Shown here: piece by piece, positions 48,589 through 58,799 of the stretch | How the letters are laid out: every line of letters begins with the position of its first letter | How positions within the stretch are numbered: position 1 is the first letter of the stretch | Assembly (NCBI GenBank): GCA_963662275.1 | Contig: OY759316.1 | Location: 4,032,001-4,096,000, forward strand | Source of the DNA: Candidatus Cloacimonadales bacterium | GTDB taxonomy: Bacteria > Cloacimonadota > Cloacimonadia > Cloacimonadales > DAONDQ01 | DNA: 64,000 bases | Direction: 5' to 3' | Notes under the pieces: generated by a model | What the model saw: only the letters and a program-made list of their open reading frames with translations | The model's database searches: none | Told to the model about the DNA's origin: nothing | Made by a program: the position numbers and the translations under genes

Positions 48589-49458
48589 TTACACAGAATC
48601 ATGTGAAATAAAATAATCCACATAGTTTTCATCTTTAGGATAAAAATCCTTGAGTATTTTCTTCAAAGCCTGTTTCTGAATCTGTCTGACTCTTTCGCGT
48701 GACAGCCCCAAATCTTCTGCAATCTGGGCAAAATTCTTTCCTTTTTCTCCAAGAAGTCCGAAATATGTTTTAATGATATACGATTCTCGAGGTTCAAGAT
48801 TCTTAATTGCCTGATTCAAATCATTTCGAAACTTCTCACTGAAGTAAATTTGTTGTGGATCCTTTGACTCTGTATCTTCCAGGTAATCAGAAAGAAAGAC
48901 TTCCGAGCTGTTTTGACTGAATGACGGATCATCAATAGAAACTGTTTCAATGATTTGACTCTGAATATTTCGAATCATCTTACCTTCGAGATCCATATGT
49001 TTTTCGAGTTCTTCAATTGTCGCAGCTTCACCGGTTTCATTGAAGATACGTTCCTGTTTGGCTCGAATCCTATTAGCTGTATTTGTTTTACCTAGAGGAA
49101 CACGGATCAGGGAACTCTTTTCAGAAATAGCCATCATAATACGCTGTTTGATCCACCAAATTGCATAGGAAATCAGTTTGATGTCCATGTCAGGATTGAA
49201 TTTTTCGAGTGCTTTCATCAACCCAATATTTCCCTCACTGATGAGTTCAGAGAGAGAAAGTCCCCTATTTTGAAACCGAGTAGCGATTTTAACTACAAAT
49301 TTCAGGTTTGCCTGGATAAGACTGTTCAGTGCATTTTTATCACCGTTTCTAGCTTGAATAGCTAATTCATGCTCCACTTCCCTGGGCAAAGTTTGAAACT
49401 TGGATATTTCACTCAGATAATTTTGTAATGCGCGATCAGCAAAAACATTCTCGCTCAT
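48589..49458 (-). CDS. Sigma-70 family factor (RpoD/RpoS-like, lacking region 1.1)
   Basis: YL.EI, ANLKFVV, LISEGNIGL.KA.EKF, SYA.WWI.Q, LSRERVRQI. Confidence 0.93.
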   Translation of the reverse strand: MSENVFADRALQNYLSEISKFQTLPREVEHELAIQARNGDKNALNSLIQANLKFVVKIATRFQNRGLSLSELISEGNIGLMKALEKFNPDMDIKLISYAIWWIKQRIMMAISEKSSLIRVPLGKTNTANRIRAKQERIFNETGEAATIEELEKHMDLEGKMIRNIQSQIIETVSIDDPSFSQNSSEVFLSDYLEDTESKDPQQIYFSEKFRNDLNQAIKNLEPRESYIIKTYFGLLGEKGKNFAQIAEDLGLSRERVRQIQKQALKKILKDFYPKDENYVDYFISHDSV

Positions 49459-49526
49459 GATGCCTCATTCATAGAATCCATGCGTACAGTTAATTTCTAT
49501 CAATATTTATTCAATTATGTCTAATC

Positions 49527-50918
49527 TTAATAATCTGGCAAGACTTTTTTCGGATCGATTGCCTTACCTTTTACACGATACTCAAAGTGCAAATGAGACG
49601 CTGTTGCATTTCCTGTTGAACCAACTAACGCAATCTGCTGACCTTGTTGGATATTATCTCCGACTTCAACCAAATTTCTTTCATTATGAGCATAAACAGT
49701 CATAACAAAATCAGGATGCTCTATTACGATCACATTTCCATAGCCACTTTGCATACCTGCATAGACGACTCGACCATCCAGGACAGAATAGATGGGTGTA
49801 CCGGAAGGAGCTCCAATATCTAATCCCTTATGCGGTCTGCTCTGACGTAAACCAAAGCTTGAGATAACATGTCCGATAACAGGTCGAACAAGATCATTAC
49901 GCAAGCGGGAAGGATCTTTTAATTGTGGCAGCTGCTCAGTTTCAGGCTCGATTTCAGTAACCGGTTTTTGATACCTGCGAATTTTTAAATAAATCTTCTG
50001 TCCGACAAATATTTTGTTGTTACTTAGGTTATTCACTCTTCGTAATTCTTCAACAGCGATATTATACTTTCTAGATATCGAAGATAACGTTTCATGTCTT
50101 TGCACAATATGATAGGCTTCGACCAAATCCATAGAATCCTGTTCAACTTTGATCTTTTCAGGAACTTTGTTCTCTTCTTTTTTTTGATTTAATGCTTGGA
50201 CTTCATCCTCTTTCTGTTGTTTGATATTGGCTTGCATAACTTTCAATTGTTCTTCACTTACTAGTTTTATCTTTTGTCCTTTTTTGATTGAATAATTATC
50301 CATATTATTTAAGCTCATGATTTCTTTCATATCAAGACCATACATCTTGGATATCCTAAATAGATTCTCTTTTGCTTTCACGATATGATAACCTTCTTTG
50401 GGAATGGGTATTACATTTATTGTGGTTACTGCTGGGGTTTCAGGAGCTGTTTGTTGTGTTTCCGGAACTACTTGTGCTGGTTTTTCACCCATCAGTTCTT
50501 TAGTTTTTTGTAATAAACCTTCTGCTAAGCCCGGTTTTGGCTTCTCTTGAAGTTTGTTGAAATCCGGGAAAGAAGTTCCTTTTTGAGTTTTTATTTTAGC
50601 ATTTTCTGAAGTTGTTGTATTTGATTCATTCACGCTCTTTACTGGTACTTTCTTTGTTTTCTCAGTATTTTTTTGTGCGATAGCCTTACCTGGAATTTTG
50701 AGCTTTTGACCTAAACTGAGATTGTTACCGGTCAACTTGTTAGCTTGCTTGATTTGATCAACCGTTACGTGATATGTTTTTGAAAGCTGATAGAGAGTAT
50801 CACCCTTACGGACGGTATGTACCTGGTTTGATTGTGCTGCGACAGATAATATCTGAAAAACAAAAATGCAGATCATAACGAAACGAATAAGAATGTTACT
50901 TCGAAGATTAGAAGGCAA
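49527..50918 (-). CDS. Three-LysM plus M23 peptidase protein (NlpD-like)
   Basis: LysM motifs H.V.KGDTL; HKGLD, YAHN, HLHFE. Confidence 0.9.
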   Translation of the reverse strand: MPSNLRSNILIRFVMICIFVFQILSVAAQSNQVHTVRKGDTLYQLSKTYHVTVDQIKQANKLTGNNLSLGQKLKIPGKAIAQKNTEKTKKVPVKSVNESNTTTSENAKIKTQKGTSFPDFNKLQEKPKPGLAEGLLQKTKELMGEKPAQVVPETQQTAPETPAVTTINVIPIPKEGYHIVKAKENLFRISKMYGLDMKEIMSLNNMDNYSIKKGQKIKLVSEEQLKVMQANIKQQKEDEVQALNQKKEENKVPEKIKVEQDSMDLVEAYHIVQRHETLSSISRKYNIAVEELRRVNNLSNNKIFVGQKIYLKIRRYQKPVTEIEPETEQLPQLKDPSRLRNDLVRPVIGHVISSFGLRQSRPHKGLDIGAPSGTPIYSVLDGRVVYAGMQSGYGNVIVIEHPDFVMTVYAHNERNLVEVGDNIQQGQQIALVGSTGNATASHLHFEYRVKGKAIDPKKVLPDY

Positions 50919-51183
50919 TCAAAAAATCCTTATATTCTTTCGATGAAGAAAATTGCTCAATTTCAGAGGATGTGATTAACGCAATATCATGACCTTCCTG
51001 AACCAAAGGAATAAACACATCCAATTGGTCTTGTTCGCCTTGAGCGACGATTAGAACATTCCCATTGATCTGATTTTTTACGTATCCCGTGATACCTGTC
51101 AACTCGGCTTGACGTTTTACGAACCAGCGATATCCAACACCTTGCACACGACCTCTCATGATGATTTCATAAGTTACTTTCAT
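50908..51183 (-). CDS. acyP: Acylphosphatase
   Basis: GRVQGVGYR, G.TGYVKN..NG.V. Confidence 0.93.
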   Translation of the reverse strand: MKVTYEIIMRGRVQGVGYRWFVKRQAELTGITGYVKNQINGNVLIVAQGEQDQLDVFIPLVQEGHDIALITSSEIEQFSSSKEYKDFLIAF

Positions 51184-51455
51184 AGTCACCATTATTTGCT
51201 TAAAGCAATAATTCTTCCACTCAACTTCATGAATAGACTCCAACTCTATTAACTACCTCAGTTTGCAACAAATTATAGATTGAGAATAATATGCTACTCA
51301 ACAGCTCTTACTTCTGACTTTTTATGTATTTTGTCAAGTTTTCATATCTCGCTTATTCAGAACACTGCATTTGTAACATCTATAAAAGCGCTGTTAATTA
51401 CCCATACCTCATACAGTGTACCGTTGGAAATTGTTTATAGTTGGTTCTGAATTGT

Positions 51456-51896
51456 TTATCTTCCTACAATATCCAACCCATGCTTCAATAACAACGACCG
51501 ATATTCATCTTGGAAACTATGCTGTTTATGATGCTCTTCCTGGTTATGAATGTATGTTTTCACCGTTTCGATCATGGAATATGAACACGTGAATGCGCCA
51601 TATCACTCTTGCCATTCAAAACGACATTTCAATTCCGGTAATGTATTTAAAAACCTACTCGTATTTGCTTTTACAACTTTAGCAATCTCCATGACTGTGT
51701 GTTTTGCCGGCATATTGATCAACAAATGGACATGATCGGGCATGACAAACCCACATTCCGAATGACATTCGTATTTTTTGCAGATACCTGCCATGTAATT
51801 CATAACCATATCACGTTTTTCAAGTGCAAATATCGGGTAACGTGATTTTGGTGCAAAGACATAATGGATGAATAGTTGAGTGAATGTGTGAGACAT
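51456..51896 (-). pseudogene. tnpA: IS200/IS605-type TnpA (Y1) with in-frame TGA
   Basis: H.VF..K.R, PDHVH, then FEWQE*YGAF (TGA at 51603-51605 in the conserved Gly position), continuing YIHNQEEHH to TAA at 51456. Confidence 0.88.
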
Positions 51897-51922
51897 AGTA
51901 CCCTCCCTAATTTGTTTTGGTT

Positions 51923-52050
51923 CCGTCCTGCGGACTAGATTCATTCGTACCTTAAGGACTCTTGTAGCGCTGACTTCAGGCGGTTATTTCACGATCATCG
52001 CTAACCCAGGAAGGACTTCCTGGGCTAACAGAATAACGTCCTTCGGACTG
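51923..52050. repeat. Palindromes beside tnpA (CGTCCT.CGGAC and CCCAGGAAG..CTTCCTGGG)
   Basis: Short hairpins of the kind found at Y1 transposase ends. Confidence 0.6.
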
Positions 52051-52073
52051 GACTAGATGGTCGTTCACAGACG

Positions 52074-53030
52074 CTATTGAATGATCACAAATTTCCCTGT
52101 TGCTATTTGTCTTCCTAAATCTATGCGATAGAAGTAGATTCCCGGCATCACCTTATTCTGCTTGAGGTTTTTTCCATTCCATGTGATGGTTCTGTTTGCC
52201 GTTTGTTTATCCTGGAAAACCAACTCCCCTTTGATGTTATAAATACTGACGTCGAGGTTATCTGGCTGTTTTGTTGAAACCTGCAGGTTGATGATGTCTT
52301 TTGACGGATTTGGATATACTGTAACTTTCTGAATTATTGGAGATGCGATCTGGTCATCAGAGGCAACGATATTCGGTTGCGCTTCATTCAGTACATAGAC
52401 CAATCCACCATTCAAAGAGTTGGAGAAAACTTCAATCCCATATTCCTTCGTTTCCCACTGGTAGGCATCATATTCAGTATTGCTGCTATAATGAAATTTC
52501 ACTAACACTGCTGAGTGCGTACCCCAATGCGTCGTAAGTTGTCCCTCTGCAATTACCGAACCTGAAATAGTATAATCTACACTACCATATTCCGAGGTAT
52601 AGTTATATGTTCCCTGCCATGTTTGATTAAAGAAATGAGGTAAACCAGTCGGAACACCTGGTGTCCAAACATACGTTCCTACACTTTCATAGCCTAATTG
52701 TACAAAATCATCTATGGTTTGTTGAAAATAGTTATTTCCAATCAGCAGCCCATTAACTCGTCCTTCATCACTTTTAATGAAATTGGCATTGGGGAAAGCA
52801 GGAACATTTGAACAAAAGCTGAATGTATTATTTTCATAACCTTGAGAAGGAATAGTAAAGTTCCAAACCTTTCCTGTCCCTGGTGTCAGATCTGTTGAAG
52901 ACTGGTTCCAACTTCCTTCCTTGTAGTTACGAATCTGACCTGGAATCCATCCATAATCCGCTTTTAAAATCGTCAACGCTGTAAGCTGGATGGTGAATAA
53001 ACCCAAAACGATAGCACAATATAATCTCAT
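52074..53030 (-). CDS. Secreted protein with T9SS/FlgD-type C-terminal domain
   Basis: Signal peptide; VYPNP, IYNIKGELV, WNG, GIYFY. Confidence 0.8.
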   Translation of the reverse strand: MRLYCAIVLGLFTIQLTALTILKADYGWIPGQIRNYKEGSWNQSSTDLTPGTGKVWNFTIPSQGYENNTFSFCSNVPAFPNANFIKSDEGRVNGLLIGNNYFQQTIDDFVQLGYESVGTYVWTPGVPTGLPHFFNQTWQGTYNYTSEYGSVDYTISGSVIAEGQLTTHWGTHSAVLVKFHYSSNTEYDAYQWETKEYGIEVFSNSLNGGLVYVLNEAQPNIVASDDQIASPIIQKVTVYPNPSKDIINLQVSTKQPDNLDVSIYNIKGELVFQDKQTANRTITWNGKNLKQNKVMPGIYFYRIDLGRQIATGKFVIIQ

Positions 53031-53111
53031 GATTGACCCCCTTTTATGGTTTGATTTATTGACAACATTCATTTGAATCTGTCAAGTTACTAATAAAAAC
53101 AAGGAGATTTT

Positions 53112-53513
53112 ATGGGATTACAACTAAATACGAAACGTTTTGTTTTAATGCTAATTCTCTTGCCTATTATTGTTGTTTTCGGTCTTACCACCAAATGGTA
53201 TAAAGGACCATATCATTCCTGGGTAAATGATTCTTTTGGGGGAGTTGTTTATGAAGTGTTCTGGTGCTTGTTGTTCTCACTCCCGGGAATCTGGAAAAAG
53301 CTAAATATTGCCCTCGGTGTATTCATTGTCACTTGTCTCCTGGAATTCCTCCAACTCTGGCATCCACCATTTCTAACGCTGATTCGTTCCTATAAACTCG
53401 GGGGATATTTACTGGGAACAGTCTTCCAATGGAAGGATTTTCCTTATTATGGGATCGGCTGCTGGTTGGGATATAGGTTGTTGAAAGGATTAGATAAATC
53501 TGGTCGTAAATAA
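53112..53513 (+). CDS. DUF2809 membrane protein
   Basis: GG..Y, EFLQL.H, R....G..LGT.F.W.D. Confidence 0.85.
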   Translation: MGLQLNTKRFVLMLILLPIIVVFGLTTKWYKGPYHSWVNDSFGGVVYEVFWCLLFSLPGIWKKLNIALGVFIVTCLLEFLQLWHPPFLTLIRSYKLGGYLLGTVFQWKDFPYYGIGCWLGYRLLKGLDKSGRK

Positions 53514-53946
53514 CAGTAATTCACATTACGTAACTCATGTATAACACTTCATCAGATACATGAGTACAAATACATACATATCAGATCACTATGATTATAC
53601 AAAGTTCAATCCAAGTTCATATCAGTTTGATTCCTGTTTCATTCCTGTCTCGAGAGATTGGAATGGAACAAGATTAGCTTTGGTTTAGGTTTGCTTTTAG
53701 TCCGGTAGTATCCTTTGAGAACGAAGTCTATGCAAAGGAAGGGATTAGAAATCGGAACGCTGTTTTCAAACGGCTATGCATTTTCAAATGGCAAGATCAT
53801 AGCTTACTAAATTAAGCGTTCCATCCGCATACTTTCAGACTCCGAGGTTGCAAACCATCGGATAGAACAAGATACAATCTTATGTTACAATACCCCGAAG
53901 TAATAAACATCGGGAATTAACAAGATACAATCTTATGATACAACAA

Positions 53947-54852
53947 TTAGGTAAAGAAGTAGATGACCGCAGGCAGATAGACGATAGCAATGAGGATTGA
54001 TAAAGAAACGCAGGTGGCAGCAAATTCAATATCCATTTCTTCCAGTTTGGCAAAGATCAGCGTATTGAACCCAATTGGTGTGGAAGCGCTGGCAATGACG
54101 ATCGTACGGTTCATACCTTCCAGACCGAAGATGTAGCTCAATAATATGCCCAATCCCAGACCGCCGACCATTCGAATAAGGATAGCAACGAGAGCTTTGT
54201 CCATAATTTTTAGTTTCGGTTCAAAGAATAAGCCGAGAGAGATCATGATTAACGGAGTGGTGGGATTACCTACCAGGGTGAGGAAGTTGGTTCCGATTTC
54301 AGGTAATTGAATATTGCACACACGGAGCAGGATACCGATGATCAATCCCCAGAGAGGGGGCAGTTTCAGAAACTTGATCCAATCCACTTTGTCATGGTGG
54401 ATACTGTGTTTTCCATGCCTGATAGCAACGTAGTAAATGAAAGTAAAGATGAGCAGGCTGTTTCCCACATCAAAAAGTGATGCTCGGGCAAAGCCTTCCT
54501 GACCGAAAGCGGCATAAAAGAAAGGCAGGGAAAAGCCGGTATTCATGATCATTGTTCCTACGAGGAAACTACCCATTGTTTGTTTGGGAAGCTTCAGCAG
54601 TTTACCTATTCCTGAAGAGAAGAAGTAAACGATAAAGATGATCAATTGTGCTATGAGTGGAATATAGATAAGTGACCAGGTCAGTTGCAGTCTAAGGATG
54701 GATAGTATCTGCAGGGCAGGAAGAGTGACGGAAAGCACAAGTTTCAACAACAGGTGCCCATCGTCTCTCTTCAATAACCCAACACGTTTGATAAGAATAC
54801 CGAGGAAAAAGGTCAGGATGACAGGGATTATTTTATGTATAAATTCCTGCAT
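53947..54852 (-). CDS. AEC (auxin efflux carrier) family transporter
   Basis: About 10 TMs; V.LPAL, NTGF.LP, PL..I.LG motifs. Confidence 0.88.
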   Translation of the reverse strand: MQEFIHKIIPVILTFFLGILIKRVGLLKRDDGHLLLKLVLSVTLPALQILSILRLQLTWSLIYIPLIAQLIIFIVYFFSSGIGKLLKLPKQTMGSFLVGTMIMNTGFSLPFFYAAFGQEGFARASLFDVGNSLLIFTFIYYVAIRHGKHSIHHDKVDWIKFLKLPPLWGLIIGILLRVCNIQLPEIGTNFLTLVGNPTTPLIMISLGLFFEPKLKIMDKALVAILIRMVGGLGLGILLSYIFGLEGMNRTIVIASASTPIGFNTLIFAKLEEMDIEFAATCVSLSILIAIVYLPAVIYFFT

Positions 54853-54890
54853 ATTAATACCTTACATTATGAAGATCGCAGAGAAGATGG

Positions 54891-55001
54891 ATTCCCGATC
54901 AAGTCGGGAATGACAACTCGCATTCGCAAAGATGACAAACCGAGAACTATCCCCCCTTGAGAAGGGGGGTAGGGGGGTCTCTTCGTTCGTACTTCGCACT
55001 T
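54891..55001. repeat. ATTCCCGA-N5-TCGGGAAT palindrome, CCCCCCTTGAGAAGGGGGG palindrome and GAAGTRC heptamers after the ileS stop
   Basis: 54984-55001 reverse complement AAGTGCGAAGTACGAACG is identical to part of the ppx insertion left arm. Confidence 0.8.
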
Positions 55002-58000
55002 CTAAGATATCCTGTCAATCCGCATGACAACATGCTTACCATTGATATCAAATATCTTCATGGTATCATCTGATTCGCGTATACGGGATATCTGCTTCGC
55101 TAAAGTTTCAGCTTGAATGTAGTCTCCATGTTTCACAAAGACTGCTTCAATTTCATCATCACCATACCATTCAATCTCGATTCTATCAAGAATATCGAAA
55201 TCTTGTTCCTTGCGGGTAAACTGTATCTTATTCACCAATTCACGGGCATAGCCTTCTTCTATCAGTTCGGCAGTCAGTGAAGTATCGAGAGCTACAAATA
55301 GATCACGGTACTGCTCAAAGACATAGCCTTCTCTCTGTTTTAAGGAAACTGCAAGGTCTTCTGCAGTTACAGAATTCTTCTCACCATCCATTTCAAATTC
55401 AAAGGGCTTGCCTTCCTGGAAGGAAGACATGATGATCGCAGCATCCATCTGTGAAAGCTTATCGGCAACCTGCTTCATCTGCTTTCCAAACTTAGGACCC
55501 ATGACTTTGAAGTTGGGCTTGATTTCATATTGCACAAAATCATCATGCTCGGAAATGAAACGGATTTCCTTCACATTGATCTCTTCATAGATAAGCTCTG
55601 ACATACGATCTGCCACTGCTTTTGCCTTGATGGGAACATACAGTGCCTGGAGAGTCTGTCTCACTTTGATCTGGCAGGTATTACGGGCAGCTCTGCCCAA
55701 TGAAACGAGGTCAATGACCATCTTCATTTCTTTTTCCAGTTCAGGTTTGATATAGGATTCATCAAAAGACGGATAGTCTGTCAGATGAACGCTGTCCTTG
55801 CCTGTCAGGTTTGTGAAGATATCTTCAGCCATGTATGGTGTGAATGGTGCGATGAGCTGGCATACCTTGATCAAGAGATGATGCAGTATGCTGTACGCAT
55901 TCTTCTTATCAGAGGTCAGTTCCATAGCCCAGAATCTTCTTCTGCTGCGGCGTACGTACCAGTTGGAGATCTCGTCCTGGACGAAGTCCTGGATGAGTCT
56001 CACGGAACGTGTGAAATCAAAATCCTCATTGTTCTTGTTCACTTCCTTGATGACAGAATGCAAACGGGACATGATCCAGGTATCGATCTCTGTCATTTCA
56101 GAAACGGGTACTTCATAGTTATTGGCATCGAAGTTATCGATGTTGGCATAGGTCACATAGAAGGAATAAACATTCTTCATGGTGCCCATGAACTTGCTGA
56201 TGATCTCTTCCACACCCTTGGGGTCGAAGCGTTTCGGCAGCCAGGGATTGCTGATTTCGATCAAATACCAGCGTATCGCATCTGCGCCATAATGTTGCAT
56301 CAGTTGCATGGGATCGAGCGTATTGCCCTTGCTTTTGCTCATTTTAATGCCATTCTTATCGAGGATGAGGTCATTCACCAAACAATTCTTGAAGGGTGCG
56401 ACGCCTTTGATCATCGTCGAAATAGCGAGCAAGGTATAGAACCAACCGCGTGTCTGGTCGATACCTTCTGAGATGAAGTCAGCAGGGAAGAGTTCAGAAT
56501 CAAAGATTTCCTTATTTTCAAAGGGATAATGCCATTGGGCGAAAGGCATGGCTCCGCTGTCAAACCAGCAGTCAATGACTTCACTAGTACGGTGCATCCT
56601 GCCATTACATCCGAGGCATTTCATTTCAATATTATCCACATAAGGTTTATGCAGTTCGATATCTTCGGGAACGGGTGAGCCGTCCGTGAGTGTGCCTTTC
56701 TCTCTCAGTTCAGCGATGGAACCGACAGAATCGAGCTTTCCACAATCGTCACAAACCCAGATATTGAGCGGTGTGCCCCAGAAGCGGTCACGAGAGATAG
56801 CCCAGTCAACGTTGTTTTCCAGCCATTCACCGAATCTCTTTTCACCGACGAAGGGTGGGAACCAATTCACAGAGGCATTGTTCTGCTTCATGAGGTCTTT
56901 ATATTCGCTGGTGCGGATGTACCAGCTATCACGCGCATAATAAATGAGCGGGCTGTCACAGCGCCAGCAATGAGGATAGCTGTGCAGTATCTGTAAACGC
57001 TTGTAGAGATTGCCTGATTCCTTCAGATGCTTGATAATATCCTTATCGGCAGCTTTCACAAATATGCCTGCCCAAGGTGTTATCATCTGGTTGAACTTGC
57101 CTTCTCCATCCACAGGTTGAATGAAGGGCAAGTCATACTTCAGGGCAAGCTGGTAGTCATCCTGTCCAAAAGCAGGAGCGGTATGCACGATACCGGTACC
57201 GTCATCCATGGTGACATAATCAGCCAAACCAACGTACCAAGCTTTCTTATCCGGTTCAACGAAACGGAAGAGAGGTTCATAAGGCTGGTATTCAAGCGTT
57301 TTGCCTTCGAATTCAGAGATGATTTCATATTCTCCATCGAGGATGGTAAGACGTGCTTTTGCCAGGATGAGGATTTGCTCATTGTGTTTCACTTTCACAT
57401 AGGTTTCATCGGGATGAACAGCCAAAGCCACATTGGATATTAAAGTCCAGGGCGTGGTTGTCCAGGCGAGGAACCAAATATTTTCTTCACTCATCGACTT
57501 GAATTTAACGAATACGGAAGGGTCTTCCACATCACGGTAACCCTGTGCCACTTCATGGCTGGAGAGGGGAGTACCGCAGCTAGGGCAATACGGAACGATC
57601 TTGTAGCCTTTATAGATCAAGCCTTTCTGATACATCTGGTTCAAAAGCCACCAGACAGATTCAATATAGTTGTTCTGCAAAGTGACATAGGGATGCTCCA
57701 TATCGAGCCAATAGCCCATTTCATCTGTCATTTCCCGCCAGAGGCTTTCATATTTAAAAACTGATTCCTTGCATTTTTTGTTGAAAGGTTCGATTCCATA
57801 CGCTTCAATATCTTTTTTATTGCTGAGTCCGAGTTCTTTTTCCACTTCAATTTCCACGGGTAAGCCATGGGTATCCCAACCGGCTTTGCGTTTGACCTGG
57901 AAACCCTTCATGGTTTTATAACGGCAGACAATGTCCTTCAATGTACGGGACATCATATGATGAATCCCGGGACGACCGTTGGCAGTGGGTGGACCTTCAA

Positions 58001-58130
58001 AGAAGACGAACTGTGGGTTTCCTTCCCTGTAACTTACACTTTTATCTGGGATTTGATGTGTTTTCCAATAAGCACGAACACGTGCTTCGAGATGGGCAGA
58101 CTTTTCCTTCAAATCGATGGTTTTATACAT
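55002..58130 (-). CDS. ileS: Isoleucine--tRNA ligase (type 2)
   Basis: EGPPTANG.PGIHH, GWDTHGLP, WTTTPWTL, GTGIVH.APAFG, EGIDQTRGWF, KMSKS. Confidence 0.97.
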   Translation of the reverse strand: MYKTIDLKEKSAHLEARVRAYWKTHQIPDKSVSYREGNPQFVFFEGPPTANGRPGIHHMMSRTLKDIVCRYKTMKGFQVKRKAGWDTHGLPVEIEVEKELGLSNKKDIEAYGIEPFNKKCKESVFKYESLWREMTDEMGYWLDMEHPYVTLQNNYIESVWWLLNQMYQKGLIYKGYKIVPYCPSCGTPLSSHEVAQGYRDVEDPSVFVKFKSMSEENIWFLAWTTTPWTLISNVALAVHPDETYVKVKHNEQILILAKARLTILDGEYEIISEFEGKTLEYQPYEPLFRFVEPDKKAWYVGLADYVTMDDGTGIVHTAPAFGQDDYQLALKYDLPFIQPVDGEGKFNQMITPWAGIFVKAADKDIIKHLKESGNLYKRLQILHSYPHCWRCDSPLIYYARDSWYIRTSEYKDLMKQNNASVNWFPPFVGEKRFGEWLENNVDWAISRDRFWGTPLNIWVCDDCGKLDSVGSIAELREKGTLTDGSPVPEDIELHKPYVDNIEMKCLGCNGRMHRTSEVIDCWFDSGAMPFAQWHYPFENKEIFDSELFPADFISEGIDQTRGWFYTLLAISTMIKGVAPFKNCLVNDLILDKNGIKMSKSKGNTLDPMQLMQHYGADAIRWYLIEISNPWLPKRFDPKGVEEIISKFMGTMKNVYSFYVTYANIDNFDANNYEVPVSEMTEIDTWIMSRLHSVIKEVNKNNEDFDFTRSVRLIQDFVQDEISNWYVRRSRRRFWAMELTSDKKNAYSILHHLLIKVCQLIAPFTPYMAEDIFTNLTGKDSVHLTDYPSFDESYIKPELEKEMKMVIDLVSLGRAARNTCQIKVRQTLQALYVPIKAKAVADRMSELIYEEINVKEIRFISEHDDFVQYEIKPNFKVMGPKFGKQMKQVADKLSQMDAAIIMSSFQEGKPFEFEMDGEKNSVTAEDLAVSLKQREGYVFEQYRDLFVALDTSLTAELIEEGYARELVNKIQFTRKEQDFDILDRIEIEWYGDDEIEAVFVKHGDYIQAETLAKQISRIRESDDTMKIFDINGKHVVMRIDRIS

Positions 58131-58133
58131 GAA

Positions 58134-58508
58134 TTATTTTTCTCCAATCTTACGAGTACCGGTCTTTCTTACTGGAGCTCCGGCAGCGAACTTAGGCTTT
58201 GGTTTCTTATCTTCGTGATGAGGTGCCTTGTGATGATCTTCCTTCGCGGCATCAGCAATCATTTCTTCCGTTGGTTCTTCAAACAGTTCATGGAAATGTT
58301 CCTTAAGTTCAGGAATCGCTTCCACATATTCCTTCCATTCTGCCATTGCTTTAGGTTCATCCACACATTTAGGACATAAAATCAGGGTATTTTCTTGTGA
58401 TACACCTGTGTAAGCACGGTCATAACATAAATGACAGCTTTTTTTTGTACGATTCGCCAACGCAATCTGCTTGGCTTTTTCCAAATGGACTTCTTCTAAA
58501 TGATACAT
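58134..58508 (-). CDS. Hypothetical protein with CxxC...CxxC motif, upstream of ileS
   Basis: CHLC, CPKC; AGGAG RBS before ATG at 58508. Confidence 0.7.
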   Translation of the reverse strand: MYHLEEVHLEKAKQIALANRTKKSCHLCYDRAYTGVSQENTLILCPKCVDEPKAMAEWKEYVEAIPELKEHFHELFEEPTEEMIADAAKEDHHKAPHHEDKKPKPKFAAGAPVRKTGTRKIGEK

Positions 58509-58799
58509 AACACACTCCTCTTTTGAGTTTATCAGTGTTTGGTTCAAGATTATTACTTGGTTGATTTAAGCAATTAATTTTTTATTCCCTTTGTCAAGTT
58601 TTCAATATTGTGAAGCAAGACGCCGTTCTTGCTGAACCTCTTTGTGGAGTAGGATGCCGATCCTACTGAACACGAAACCCAAGAGTTTTTGAATTCCTCT
58701 TTTTCAGTAATCACTTTTTCAGTAGGATCGGCATCCTACTCCACGCATATAACAACATTGCACCTTGACAAGATAATGCATTCATGGCATAAGAAGAAC

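Noticed and set aside
51603..51605. TGA recoded as Gly (genetic code 25) or selenocysteine
   Set aside because: TGA ends ordinary genes here (e.g. M14 peptidase, rnpA, rlmH) and other genes read through without internal TGA; a GGA>TGA mutation is simpler
56632..56640. Single TTATCCACA in ileS
   Set aside because: Isolated copy, compatible with chance
55785..58379. Long antisense ORFs and locally higher GC within ileS
   Set aside because: Antisense shadows of a conserved gene; comM also looks GC-richer, so I cannot support a mosaic origin without computation
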